A DNA stretch of 62,680 nt, counting the filler, from Porpidia crustulata (taxonomy: Eukaryota): assembly GCA_964255105.1 (NCBI GenBank). It is 23 parts of 23 records of this genome, joined end to end, with 100 filler letters (N's around TTAATTAATTAA, not from the genome) between each part and the next. Parts side by side here need not be neighbours in the genome. Positions count along the whole stretch, not along the records: positions 49,593 to 52,165 come from CAXUWE010002420.1; positions 52,266 to 54,814 come from CAXUWE010002421.1; positions 54,915 to 57,458 come from CAXUWE010002422.1; positions 57,559 to 60,073 come from CAXUWE010002423.1; positions 60,174 to 62,680 come from CAXUWE010002424.1; 18 more parts are not named here. One strand, given 5' to 3'. The notes beneath the pieces were generated by a model, which searched no databases, was not told where the DNA came from, and saw only the letters and a program-made list of their open reading frames with translations. The position numbers and the translations under genes are program-made. Below, piece by piece: positions 49,614 through 61,705 of this stretch; the first letter of the stretch is position 1, and every line of letters begins with the position of its first letter.

Positions 49614-51920
49614 TTACACGATGCTCAAAAACCCCACCCCCATTCTGGCGACCTTGCACGCCGCCCTCAGCGCCTGCTCCTCGGCATCCGTCCACTTGAC
49701 GCTCAATTCGTCCCACTTCTTCGTCGCGTACTCCCGCTTGAACGTCCGCTGCATCTCCTGCAGCCGGCCCATCTCCCGCGGATCTCCCGTGCCACTATAA
49801 ACAATCAGCAACGTGCATGGGGGGAGAAAGTCGCGAATCGTTCGGATTTGGTGGATCGTTTGCGAGACGGCGGCGCCGAGAATGGCAGGGCTTGGTTCGG
49901 TTTGGGTGGTAGGGGGGTTTGAGTTGAAGGTCTTGGGAACAGAGATATTAGGAGGGTGGCGGCTGTCGTTGGACCAGCCACGTAGGGCTTCGAGCTCGCG
50001 CATGCGGGCCCAGGTGAAGTCAACACCGCCGCCGGGAATGATGCTGCCGTCGGGGTCGCCAAGTACTGCTCGCTTGACGCCTTCTACGACTTCCGAGTCG
50101 GTCGCGCAGCCGATACAGTGACTTGCCATGGTTCCAAAGTTCCTCTCGGGCGTGCCGTGGTCGATGATTGCACCTGTTTTACCGGCAGAGTTACTGAGGG
50201 ATGAACCAAGAGCCTTGGGAGTTCGGGCTAGCCGTTTGAAAATCGACTCCGTTGTCGCATCACTGGTGCCCCATTTCGGACCCTTTTCGCACTTCAATTT
50301 CACAAGATCCAGGCAGGCTCGCGCATCCTCGATACTGTCATGACCCATTGTGCCATGGCCTTTTTGGATCTCTCGGCTGAGGTACTTCTGTGCAAGCCAT
50401 TTGAGTGAAGACTTTAATGGCGGACCACGAGGGTGCTGATAGAGGAATGAGGTGTCAATAATAAACGGATGAGTCAATTTCAGAGCACTGAGATCCGCAT
50501 TGAGGGAGTGTCCTAGGACGACTGCGTTAGGTACTAGAAGTTCAAGAAGTCGTATTTGAATGTCGGCAAGGGTTGTTGTAACCGGTGCAAGCTTGGCCTC
50601 GGTGATACCAGAATATCTAGAATACAAATCAGTGTGAGAAAGCTCTAAGGAGCGGAATCCTCACGGGGTCAGATAGTCAATGATCGGTTTGTCCGGTTTA
50701 ACAAGCTCATCCATGACAACATTACCATCCCAGTCAACCATACTTATGCGACTCAGAGCCAACTCACCCCCCTCTACTTTGCACATCTCACAATCCATGG
50801 CAAGGACCGCACGTCCTGCTGTAACGCTGTCCTTCTCAACATTGTTCTCTAGAACAGCCCCGTCCGCAATTTTATTCACCAACGTGTCTACCCATCCCCA
50901 TTGTTCAGTCTGCTTGGCGTCATGCCTCCGCAGCTCCTCAAAGAGTTTGTCCTGATGTGTGCTGAAGTAGACTGGATGTAATATGTACTCATTCTCCTGT
51001 AGTTCTTCTTTGGAAGCTACATAAGTCGTAATGAGAGTTCTCTTATTCTCCCAGTGTTTGCCTTCCTTAGGTCCTTTGGGGCCCTTCGTCTCTTTCTCGG
51101 CTCTCTTTTCTTCTTGAGACTTGGTAATGTTTGATGTTAGCATGGCGTGTAGTGGTGAGTGAACTCTGAAGTACTTGTCATCTCCTGGTGCTTTGATAGG
51201 CCAAAGATGGGTGAATACATCTGCGAGAGGCTTCATAGGTGGTGCTAGCTTCTCTGGATCCAACCGGGTCGGTAAATACTCATCTGGACCAATTATGGGA
51301 CGTCGAGATCCAGGGTCATGATTTATTGTAGTACTAGATACAACAGCAGCTAGAGTATCTTTCATAGTTTCATCGACATCATCTTCAGGGTCGGCATACA
51401 TTTCAGTATCTTCAGCCATGGATTCCGATCCATCTAACGCCATCTCTCCATTGAACATACCCTGCTCGAGACCTGGCACAAATAAAACCACCGCCTTCTT
51501 TACATGATTATGATGCCTCACCGACACCCATTGCGGGCTTGTACCATCTGCCAGACAGTAAAGAACAATGTTTTGTAAATCACCAACCTTGACGCACGAT
51601 TGAAGTTTATGAAGTTCAGCAAAAGTTAAGCCAGGATAATTGCCCTTGATTTTGGTCTGTCCGTTCCCTTTGTCCATTGTATGGTGGTCCTTTTTCTGTC
51701 TTTTGCCATTCTTTCCCACATATATCCACTCCTCTGAATCAGAGCCATTTTCAACACGGTCATGCACCTGTAACGGATTCGTAGCACTGTTTCCGTGAAG
51801 TGGAACGTCTGGAGATTGTAGATGCGCCAATGTTGCTCCTACGCCGACGGTACTGACACCCCCCTCCGGAAATAGATCTTGCGCGTACTGCTCATGTTTA
51901 CGTTTCTTGTTCCTCCCCAT
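49614..51920 (-). CDS. DEDDh RNA exonuclease (Rex1/Rnh70/REXO1-like); intron 50617-50664
   Basis: LAMDCEM, DELVKPDKPIIDYLTP|YSGIT, GHSLNADL, GHDSIEDA, LLIVYSGTGDP. Confidence 0.92.
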
Positions 51921-52102
51921 GGCTAAAGACTTATTGGTTGTACCGTGTGTCAATGTCCGTGTGTGGTTCCTCAAATGGAGCTCGAAAGCGTCGGCAATAC
52001 CTCGACCGAAGTCGGCGCGGCGCTAAACCACTTCGAGCGACATAATATCTGAAATTGAAGCCCCCGATAGAGGGGTTTGCAGTCTACACCCCAACAACCA
52101 AA

Positions 52103-52165
52103 ATGCTCTGCTCCCGCTGCGCACGACGCTTCGCAAACTCCACCATCCCCCGCAAACCTACAGCC
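52103..52165 (+). CDS. Possible start of a mitochondrially targeted protein (MLCSRCARRFANS...), truncated
   Basis: ATG in good context, divergent from the exonuclease gene, presequence-like composition. Only 21 codons are visible. Confidence 0.35.
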
Positions 52166-53168
52166 NNNNNNNNNNNNNNNNNNNNNNNNNNNNNNNNNNN
52201 NNNNNNNNNTTAATTAATTAANNNNNNNNNNNNNNNNNNNNNNNNNNNNNNNNNNNNNNNNNNNNGTGCTATTTTTTGAGGCGAGATTTCTTGGATGAAT
52301 CCAGGTCGATACTGATGTCGTGGGTCGATATAGGTTTCAGTTGTCTCTAATATAACGGTGCGGAAATATGTAATATTGATGAAGGGAAACGTGGACATCT
52401 GGAGTGTTTGACAATGTTAACAAAACCCTTTGAGTCTTGGGAGGAACGCCACTTCAATAAGCCGCGACGGCTACCATGCTTGCTGCCGTGCATAGCAGCT
52501 TTGAAGCCTGTTTGACATTGATAGTCGAGCTGTTCGCCGAGTCTAGTGGTGCTTTTGGTGTTTTGTTATTAACAAGGCGGAGGAAAATGCTTCATCAAAA
52601 TTACGTGTTTTGGGCAAAGGGGTTAGAAAATATTTAGTCAACTTAGACCCACATGCCTGAAATAAGCTATTTCAGGAATGACATTGTGTCAGCTGCGATT
52701 GAAAACATGAAAATATGAAAACGACATCCTGCTACATCATCAACCCAGGCAGGTATATGTCCTGGGAGTGACTTTGGAACAAGATGTCTCAGCAGAAGGT
52801 TCGATGATTCTGGAGCTCTGCCCTTCGCTGAGTTGCCGGGAGGAGAAATGCTCAGCTTCTTTGGGCGTCCCAAGCGCAAAGAAAGGAGTGTTACATAGCC
52901 AGGTAGTGTTGCTGTACGAGGATAATCTATCAGGCTCTCTCTTCGTAGAACCTATGTAGAAGAGTTGATCGAATGGTTGCGGACTCAATAAAATGTGGCT
53001 CCGGAACCATATGCAGCTAGCGGCTCAAACCTTAATCGTACCCCGGTTGTTTCCGCTGCTTTCCTTTTCTTTCAACTCCCATCCAAACTTATTCTTTTGG
53101 CCGCAATTTGACGATACGAAGCTTCATATATCTACTTTCTTACCAGTTAACATCTTTGAATCTGCATC

Positions 53169-54482
53169 ATGATGGCATCACGTCAGATCTTCGGTGCTTG
53201 CCAACGAAGAGCCTTTTCTATTTCAAGCAGACAGGTATGAGAGCTCCAGCAGCTTTATCCGCGCCAATTAGGATAGCCCGAACTTCTAGCTTTAACAGCA
53301 GAACTGACGACGAACACAGGCATCGAAAGTTACCGTCTTGGGAGGTGCCGGAGGAATTGGACAGCCTCTTTCACTGTTGATGAAGCTAAACCCGCGAGTC
53401 ACCGAACTGGCAATTTTCGATATCAAGGGTGCCCCAGGTTTGTAGAGCTATTTCGTACTTGTAGAACCGAAGCTGATAGACTATCAGGTGTTGCCGCTGA
53501 TATCGGTCACATCAACACGAAAAGTACGGTCACTGGATATGCACCAGACGCCGACGGCCTCAAGAAAGCCCTCACTGGAGCTGAAATTGTCCTGATACCT
53601 GCTGGCGTACCTCGGAAACCAGGAATGACTCGTGACGGTATGAAGCGTGGGCTGAACGATGTGAAAAATATACTGAGATATCTGCAGACCTGTTCAATAC
53701 CAACGCCTCCATCGTACGAGACCTAGCCAAGGCCTGTGCTGATTCATCGCCCAACGCAAATATCCTCGTCATCGCGAACCCAGTATGCAGCTCCCCTTGA
53801 ATTTGTCATAATCAACGCTAAAGCTCTTCCAGGTCAACTCCACCGTCCCAATCTGCGCCGAGATCTTCAAATCCAAAGGCGTCTACAACCCCAAACGCCT
53901 CTTCGGCGTCACCACTCTCGACGTCGTCCGCGCCTCCCGCTTCATCTCCCAGCACAAAAACACCGACCCCGCCGACGAGAACATCACTGTTGTCGGCGGC
54001 CACTCAGGCGCCACCATCGTGCCCCTACTCTCCCAAGCCGGCTACTCCCTAACCGGCGAAGACCTCGAAGACTTCATTAAGCGCGTCCAGTTTGGTGGTG
54101 ATGAGGTTGTCAAAGCAAAAAACGGCGCCGGATCCGCAACACTGTCCATGGCCATGGCTGGCGCTCGCTTTGCCGAGAGTTTGCTGAAGGCGGCGCAAGG
54201 CACGAAGGGTGTGGTTGAGCCGACGTTCGTGGACAGCCCGCTGTTCAAGGATCAGGGCATCGGTTTCTTTGCGTCAAAGGTCGAATTGGGACCGAACGGA
54301 GTGGAGAAGATCCACGAGGTGGGCAAGATTTCGGAGCATGAGCAGACATTGCTCACGGCGTGTTTGGCGGACTTGAAGAAGAATATCGCCAAGGGTGAGC
54401 AGTCCTTTCCTCCAGGCTCTTTTGCTATACAATAATGAGCTAACGTCGACTAGGTGTCGATTTCGTCAAGCAGAACCCATAG
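53169..54482 (+). CDS. MDH1: Mitochondrial malate dehydrogenase; introns 53235-53319, 53438-53487, 53638-53687, 53783-53832, 54395-54453
   Basis: Presequence [77 protein letters not shown]. Confidence 0.97.
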
Positions 54483-54914
54483 AAAGATTCCGCTCAAATC
54501 GTTTTGCATCTCATAATAGGACCTACAGGAAGCGGTTGCATTTATCCATGTAGATCTTTTCCAAAGATGTGGGAAATTGACCTAGATTTGTTTCCCTTAG
54601 GTAGTATTTTCCTAAATCGATGCATATAGTGTTTGTTTATAATCCCATGTTTTGCAAATGGATGGAAACGATGATAATTGGCCGATTTCTTAGATCCAAG
54701 TACATTTGCTATGCGAGAGACTAAAACACGATATCAACGGCATCGCATTGTCCCCGCCAGCTCAAAATTAACCACTATATCCCCGTCATCGAGCCTCACA
54801 AATATCCCCTCTCCNNNNNNNNNNNNNNNNNNNNNNNNNNNNNNNNNNNNNNNNNNNNTTAATTAATTAANNNNNNNNNNNNNNNNNNNNNNNNNNNNNN
54901 NNNNNNNNNNNNNN

Positions 54915-55685
54915 GGGATAGGTGTTGCGGGCTGCGCGAAGCCGTCGCTGCCTGCGAGGCTGGGGATAGAAAAGCGGTGGTTGTGGCGGGTTTTGGAGTG
55001 GAGGGATAGCATGCAGAGGCGGATGAGGAAGTGGCAGAAGACGACGGTGAGAAGGAGGGCGAGGAGGATTAGGAGGATGCGGAAGGTTTGAGTGGTGGGA
55101 GTGGTGGTTGCGATTGCGAGATCTATCGAGAGGATGTCAGTGAAAAGGTGGCAGAAGGTGGGGGCTTGGGTGTGTGGGCGTACAGATGGTGAGGACAATG
55201 GCAAGAGCACAGCCTGATATCAGGCTACCAATGACTTTTCTCCTGATCTTAGGATTTCTGATGCCAGAGAAACACAGATATCGCTTTTCATTCGCCGCCT
55301 TCTTTGGTCTACGCCACGCGCGTCGAGGAGAAGATTCGGCTGAGCGTGCTGGGTGCTGGTCCTCTATGGGCAACCGTGCTGGGGGGATGTAAGCCATATT
55401 AGACCGCCCTGGCGCTCCCTCGAAGCCTGGAAATGAGTCCCGGGGTAGCGACTCCGTGCAGGTGAGCGGCGAGGAACTAGGATCTATGAGCGAGCGTGTC
55501 GACGTAGGTGACCTGGAGCGTAAGGTACTGGTGGAATAGCTATCAAAAATGGGGGTGCGGACTGGGGCGGTGGGAACAGCTTTCCGAGCATGGTCAGAGG
55601 GAACTATGACGGAGCGGCCATGGAAGAAGGCGGAGAAGCGAGTTTGTGCGCCGGAGCGTCGTGTTCTTCGGGGAGGGCGAGGCAT
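54915..55685 (-). CDS. Hypothetical two-TM membrane protein, 3'-truncated; intron 55123-55183
   Basis: Spliced ALAIVLTIYLAIA..FRILLILLALLLTVVFCHFLIRLCML. Intron has GTACGC donor, CTGAC branch and TAG acceptor. Confidence 0.65.
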
Positions 55686-56763
55686 TGAGGTGCACTGTGA
55701 TGGCGAAGTTGGTGTAACGCAAACCGTGGGTGAATGCGTACGGCTTCCGTGCTGCTCTGGTTATCAACTAAGATACCATGGGTGAAGTCGCAAATCTTGT
55801 ATACGGGTAGTGGCACTGTGAAGTACACAACACGGCCCGAGCTTGATCTTCACGGCCTGGTTGTAGGCCAAGTGCAACAGCGTGTTGTTGACGCGATCAT
55901 CTAGATCACGTACAGCGCAGTAGTCACAATTGACCTGGGTTTGTCTCTTTCCCTGCTTAGCCAACGGGATTCGTCAATGCTTGCATATCAGCACAGGATG
56001 AAACAGGGTCTGATTGCTTTAGAGGTCTGATTATGGAGACTTGATTGCTGATGCAATACCAATACTTTCATATATTAGAATTCATGACTGTAGAAACGTC
56101 CTTTGGATAGACCGCAACCTGCAGACTTTGGAAAGAGAGACTAAGAAATATGAGGAAAAGTAGGATGGGTTCCAACCAGTATTAGTTGCAACCCAGTGCG
56201 TGGTGACGAGAGACACGCAGGTAGATAGGAGGGATCCAAAGCAGAGGGTGTAGCAGAAATATCACCATCTGCACGCCTCTGAGGCTTAAAGTGGATGTCG
56301 GAGCCCATTGTCGCAGGTCACGAAGGCCCGTATTCGACAGACGATCAAGGTGTTACCGGTTCATCAATGCGAGTCAGGGTAAAAGGATAGGTTGGTGTCG
56401 CAAGTTTGGACGTTTGGCATGTCCTATTCAGGCTCTAGTCTGCTTCGAAGGAGCTCGCTTCACAGCCAATCAACCATTCTGCCTCAGGCATCTCATTTTC
56501 ATGGTTTCTCGAGCTTCTATTTGTGGCGAATCTGAAGGTGCACGGGTGTTGATAGATTCTCATACAGCACGGTTACTGGGCTCGAGTTGGCCGTCTGCAC
56601 CTCAAAGATGCGGTGTGCAGCAAGGGATCTTTATCGAGTTCCATTCACATAAAGCGCCCACCACGATTGAAGATCAGCTAGGAGCTCAGCGTAACCTCAA
56701 GACCTTCGACGCTTCGTGCTGTCGTAGTACTAGCATTTTCAACTAATAAATCAAGTTTTGACC

Positions 56764-57458
56764 ATGTCAGATATCATGCGTACCCTGATTGTCCCGAGAA
56801 GCTCCCAAGAATTATTCTATTCCGTTCACTCCCAGCCCACGTCCCCTTTGGCCAAACCCACTACTGCAGCCGAAGAGCTCACGGTGGACATCAAATCCTA
56901 CCTTAACGATCCCCAGAATCAAATCCTACTTGCTTCGAATGTAATGGAGAACCAGGGCTCCTCCAACGCCAAACGAGCTGCTAGCTCTAGCTCTTTTCCT
57001 CAACCTGTGCAACTAGGCGTGAAGACAAGCAATCACACCGCAGCCTTGAATCAAGTATGCCAGGAACGAGCGCTCGTACCGGAGTTTGAGATCAGCGGAG
57101 ATCAGACCGGCTTTGGAGGAGTATTGAGGATCAACGAATACACTGTCAATAGTGAGCGGAAATGGGCCAGCAAGAAGGAAGCGAAGGAATGCCTGGCAGA
57201 GAAAGGGCTGGAGATCGCAAAGAGCATTGAAATGAAAAACAAAACGGTGATGAATGGAGGAAGCCAAGAGAATTGGGTCGGGAAACTACTCGGTACGTAT
57301 CTCAACCAATGCTTTCCAGTGCTACAAAACCAAGACTGCGAAGCTAATACTCCAAACCCGCAGAATACCACAACGCCATCGATCCGACCGTCGGTCCCAC
57401 GTACACCGAATACGCCATCGGCCTCTCCTTTGCCTGCACCGTCCAAACTCCCTCCCAC
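56764..57458 (+). CDS. Double-stranded RNA-binding-domain protein (at least two dsRBD-like units), 3'-truncated; intron 57293-57363
   Basis: HTAALNQVCQER..PEFEI..FGGVLRI..WASKKEAKECLAEKGL (KKxAK helix), then ENWVGKLLEYHNA..GPTYTEY..FACTV. Confidence 0.7.
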
Positions 57459-58019
57459 NNNNNNNNNNNNNNNNNNNNNNNNNNNNNNNNNNNNNNNNNN
57501 NNTTAATTAATTAANNNNNNNNNNNNNNNNNNNNNNNNNNNNNNNNNNNNNNNNNNNNGTCTTGAAGAGGGGTGCGAGCAATAGAATCGAATAAGATCTT
57601 TCTTACGTCCGTGGATATTATAGCAAAGGGTATTACTCTATCGAACAACAAAACATTTCAAATCATTACTAGAATCTCTGTTCCAAAACGGGTAATATCT
57701 ACCCTGTCGTAGAACCATCCAAGGCATCAGCCTCGTTCGCATTCACACCAGTTGCCTTGTTTCTACCTATCTCTTCGCTTTCACACTTCCCATTGTCGTC
57801 AATCACACCTTACTTTGATCAACGTGTATCTTACTCGTCGCCTCGCTCGTTGCATGTCAACGAGACTGTTGCCAATCGTACGTGCGGCTGTCGCTTGACG
57901 CATCAATATTTGTTCCCCTCATCCACTCCATCGTCTTGAGCTTCGTCTCGATAACACTTTAAAGAATATAGATATACCATCGTCGTCGTTCAATCCATCA
58001 ACCGCTTAGTGCGTGCATC

Positions 58020-59759
58020 ATGTCATCCTGTCCAAGTTTCCCCCCCGAGATCTGGAACCTCACTTTGCGCAATCTCCGCGAGCGTAAGAGCCAGGCAGAC
58101 CTACAATACCTCTGGACAGAGGTCAGACATGTTTCAAAACAATTCCAGCAAGAGATCGAGGAAATCTTTCGTACGGAGCATCTGCCGAAGACTTTGTTGC
58201 GTTTCGATACTCGTGAGTTGATCCGCTTTCTATTGCAATTATCCCTTTAACCTAAAAAACCGTACTTTCAATACGTCGTTCCACAACAATTGCGGTTGAC
58301 GGCACGCTGCGTCGCCTTGTTTGGTTCCCCGTCTCTCTGCGCTGTAAGATCACGGCGGCAGTGCAGTTAGTCTGAGGTATCAAGGTCAATGCCTTGACAA
58401 TCACGGCTAACATGTCAATTCCGTTCCGTGGAACCCCACGACTCCAATGCTCGACGCCAAGTCTACGACCCTCGATCGAAATATATTTTCGATGGTTTTA
58501 TGCCAATGTACCCAGGCAGAGCAGTCATGTCTTGGCATCATGAGAATGGCCATGCGCTTCGCCTGCGGGACCTCTCTCGGCATCTTCGCGATAATGCCGG
58601 ACCTGCAAGGCTAGGAGAAGCCGACAAGTCGAGGCCGGGGGGTCGACTGCGACTTTTTGAAAACTCCGCTGGGTTGTTTGTGGTGCAGATAAGAGGCGGG
58701 CTGAGCGATTGTATGGTCCCCGGCCTGAGCATCAACCAGAAGAATGGCAAGCTCTCTTTCGAATGGAGAGATCTTTTCGCGCGGTTTTTCGGAGAGAAGA
58801 AAACGGCCGAGAGTATTTTAAAGGATGCCCCGGTAGGTCTTCAAGGGCCGCCGCGACAAATTGAGCCTGGAGCTGACAAAATCGAGGTCGACAAGCTCAA
58901 CCAACCGTCGCTACAAATTGAACAGTCTAGTCAAATTCCTGCTTCCCATATTAGTTACGGAATTTCTCGACTGAAGCCCAGCCTCAGAGCAGCTGCGCAA
59001 AGCGATGTTGAAATGTATTATCGTCACCAGTGGGAACTTGAAGCGCAAAATCTCCGACTGCAACGTCTTCGAACCCCTATTCAGACGTGGAGCCACACTG
59101 CGGGTTTTCATCCAAGGCATCCGAGGATGTCCATCAGCAGATGCCGAGCTCAGCACGACGCGGATGAGGAGGCCAATCTTGATGACGAAGGTGCTATAAA
59201 TGAGGCAAGGATTTACTGGGAGCTGGAAAGTAATCATGTTGCGAATACAGCGAGAATGGCAGAGTGGGATAAGAGGACTTTAGTACACACCAAATTATAC
59301 CCACTCTCATGGTTACTATTTAGCTTACTAGTTCGGCAGGCATGCGATAGTTGCCGTGAAAAAGATGTGACGTGCGAAACAAAGGCGCACGGCGAGATCC
59401 CATGCGACTTCTGCGCTACCAACAGCTGGCAATGCGAGTTCGCACTCCGCAGCTCCAACGGAATCCTAATCCCGGCGGGTTCAAACAGAGCACTACAGGA
59501 TTATCAGATGCAGATGATGCTTCTCGAGCAGCAGAATAAGAAACGCCTGCTGGCGCGACAAACCCCACAAACTCCACAAAATCCTCCTTACGCGGGTCCC
59601 TCGTCTTCACTCCCAAGCCCTTCCTTGTCGGCCCCGAATTCACAACAGTATTACGGCATGCAATTAATGCTGCTTGAACGACAATGTCAACGACGCTTCC
59701 AAGCGGCTCAACAAGAGCGGGATACAGCTCTTTCTCTCCAAGCTCAGCCACAGCCTTGA
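58020..59759 (+). CDS. F-box-like protein with C-terminal Zn(II)2Cys6-like cluster and Som1-type motif (exon structure uncertain; donor at 58213)
   Basis: PSFPPEIWNLTL..LWTEVRHVSKQFQQEIEEIF, LSFEWRDLFARFFGE, CX2CX6CX9CX2CX6C at 59343-59435, ALQDYQMQMMLLEQQNKKRL. Confidence 0.6.
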
Positions 59760-60862
59760 AGGGTCTGCAACACCACCATCTCCACGCAAAGACCAGTCAC
59801 GGAGGAAGATTTGCGCTCGCTCGACTTGTAATCATTGGCCAGCAGCAGATGATGGCAAATAAGGTAGTCCAAGCGACTTCTTACCAACGACGGCGTTAAT
59901 CTCAGCACATTTTGCACAACAAATCCGTTCAAACTCGAACGATGTCCCTCTTGATCAGAGTTCCTTCCATCGTTTTTATTATGCAAGGGCGTAACATGCA
60001 CCGGGGCCACTCATATAACGATAATGATGAGATCTAAATGATTTCTTTACCAATCACACGATCATTATAATGANNNNNNNNNNNNNNNNNNNNNNNNNNN
60101 NNNNNNNNNNNNNNNNNTTAATTAATTAANNNNNNNNNNNNNNNNNNNNNNNNNNNNNNNNNNNNNNNNNNNNAACCTATCTTATAGTACCCGCTACCGA
60201 CCTTCGCGGGCCCTACGGTAACAAAAAAAGGGAGGGTATGCGTATCTACCCCTTAACCGGTCCATCGCACGTAGCCTTAGCGCGCAGTGTTTCTTCTTCT
60301 TCTTTCTTGGCGTGTGGTGACTGGGTTGACTGATTGAAGAAGGAAGAGTCGTTGACGGATTGGGGGTGGATGGATGCGTGTATATCTAGCTTGACGCCGA
60401 TATTATCATTAATTCAGGGCTGGCTGCCTCCTCCCTCTTCCGATCGGAAAACCCCCGATCCTCAATCCCGAGTTCGGTCGGAGTGTATGTATATACATAA
60501 CGGTGATCCTTCATCGCACGATGCTACCGCTGCCGTGGCTTCGCGGCGCAGATTATCTAACGCAGAAATCGGGCCCCCGAGACCGAAGAATTGGTAATGC
60601 ACCCTCCTGTCGTAAACATCGAAACGAGCGGCAAATGTATGAGAGCAAAGCTTTCCTCCTTCAGCTTCGTCAATCCTTCTCGGCAGTATTATCATCGCTT
60701 ATCGCTGCCACCGTGCTTGAGTCATACCAGATTCTTGAACACTGATCAATATCTCATTGGTCAAGTTTGCCTAGCCTTGATTGAAAAGTAGTAGCTCACG
60801 GACTTCCTAGTTCTTCGCTTTCGTACTCCATAGACGACGGTCAAAGTCCCAGATGACTCGAC

Positions 60863-61705
60863 CTAGAAACCCGCCACTAGTACGATCAGCAAAACTCCCG
60901 TGGCGGTCAATTCTGCCAAACCAGCCGTCAGCATTCTCGACGCAGCATTTGAGCTCGGACTCGGACTCGCGGCCGCGGTGTTGCTCGGTGTCTGAGCCGG
61001 CGATGTCGTCGTTGCTATGTTCGAACTTGAGGATGTCGTGACCGTCGCCGCCGGGTTCGAAGCATTAGCAACAGTAGTAGGTAAGGACGCAGCAGTTGTA
61101 GAACCAGTACCATCATCCGTGGTCGCAATTGAGTTGTTACCACCAGCATCACCATTACCAGTATCACATATTCCTGGATTGTCATGCAAATTGACATCAC
61201 TATTCTGGCACACTCCCTTCAGACCATGCTCCGGTTGTTTCGCGCCAATACATCTACTCAAAGCGCACAGATCACTGTCGGCAGCCTTCCCACACAAATA
61301 ATGTGTCAATTTGATTGATCGATCCGTCTTGGAATAGTCCTGAATGACTTTGCTTAGTTTGTCTTGCCCGCACTTCTCCGTCGCCAACACCAGTATATCG
61401 AGCGCATTGACCGGTTTCTGAGTATCCTCGTTCGATTGTAGCTGCGAGGCTTCACCGGCGCATTGAATGTATTCAGAGACGGAGTTTTGGGACACTAGGC
61501 CGGCATTGTATTCGGGGGTCGTAATGTCGGGCCCGAAGCCGGAGACAGGTCGGAAGGTGCAGTCGAAGCCGGGTAGGTTAGGGCCGGAGGGTCCAGTAGG
61601 GCCGGAGGGTCCAGTAGGACCAGGATTTGGAGGAGATGCAGAGCAGAGGTCTAAGGTCAGAAGGAAAGAGAAGCTGGTGAGCACGAGGAAGATTGAAGAG
61701 GGCAT
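60863..61705 (-). CDS. Secreted Cys-rich, Ser/Thr-rich, probably GPI-anchored cell-surface protein
   Basis: Hydrophobic signal peptide, GPTGPS repeat, 8 Cys in the mature domain, S/T/A stalk, SSNAA followed by a hydrophobic C-terminus. Confidence 0.78.
   Translation of the reverse strand: MPSSIFLVLTSFSFLLTLDLCSASPPNPGPTGPSGPTGPSGPNLPGFDCTFRPVSGFGPDITTPEYNAGLVSQNSVSEYIQCAGEASQLQSNEDTQKPVNALDILVLATEKCGQDKLSKVIQDYSKTDRSIKLTHYLCGKAADSDLCALSRCIGAKQPEHGLKGVCQNSDVNLHDNPGICDTGNGDAGGNNSIATTDDGTGSTTAASLPTTVANASNPAATVTTSSSSNIATTTSPAQTPSNTAAASPSPSSNAASRMLTAGLAELTATGVLLIVLVAGF
61581..61618 (+). repeat. 18-bp coding tandem repeat x2 (GGGCCGGAGGGTCCAGTA)
   Basis: Encodes the TGPSGP repeats of the minus-strand GPI protein. 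Confidence 0.85.
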
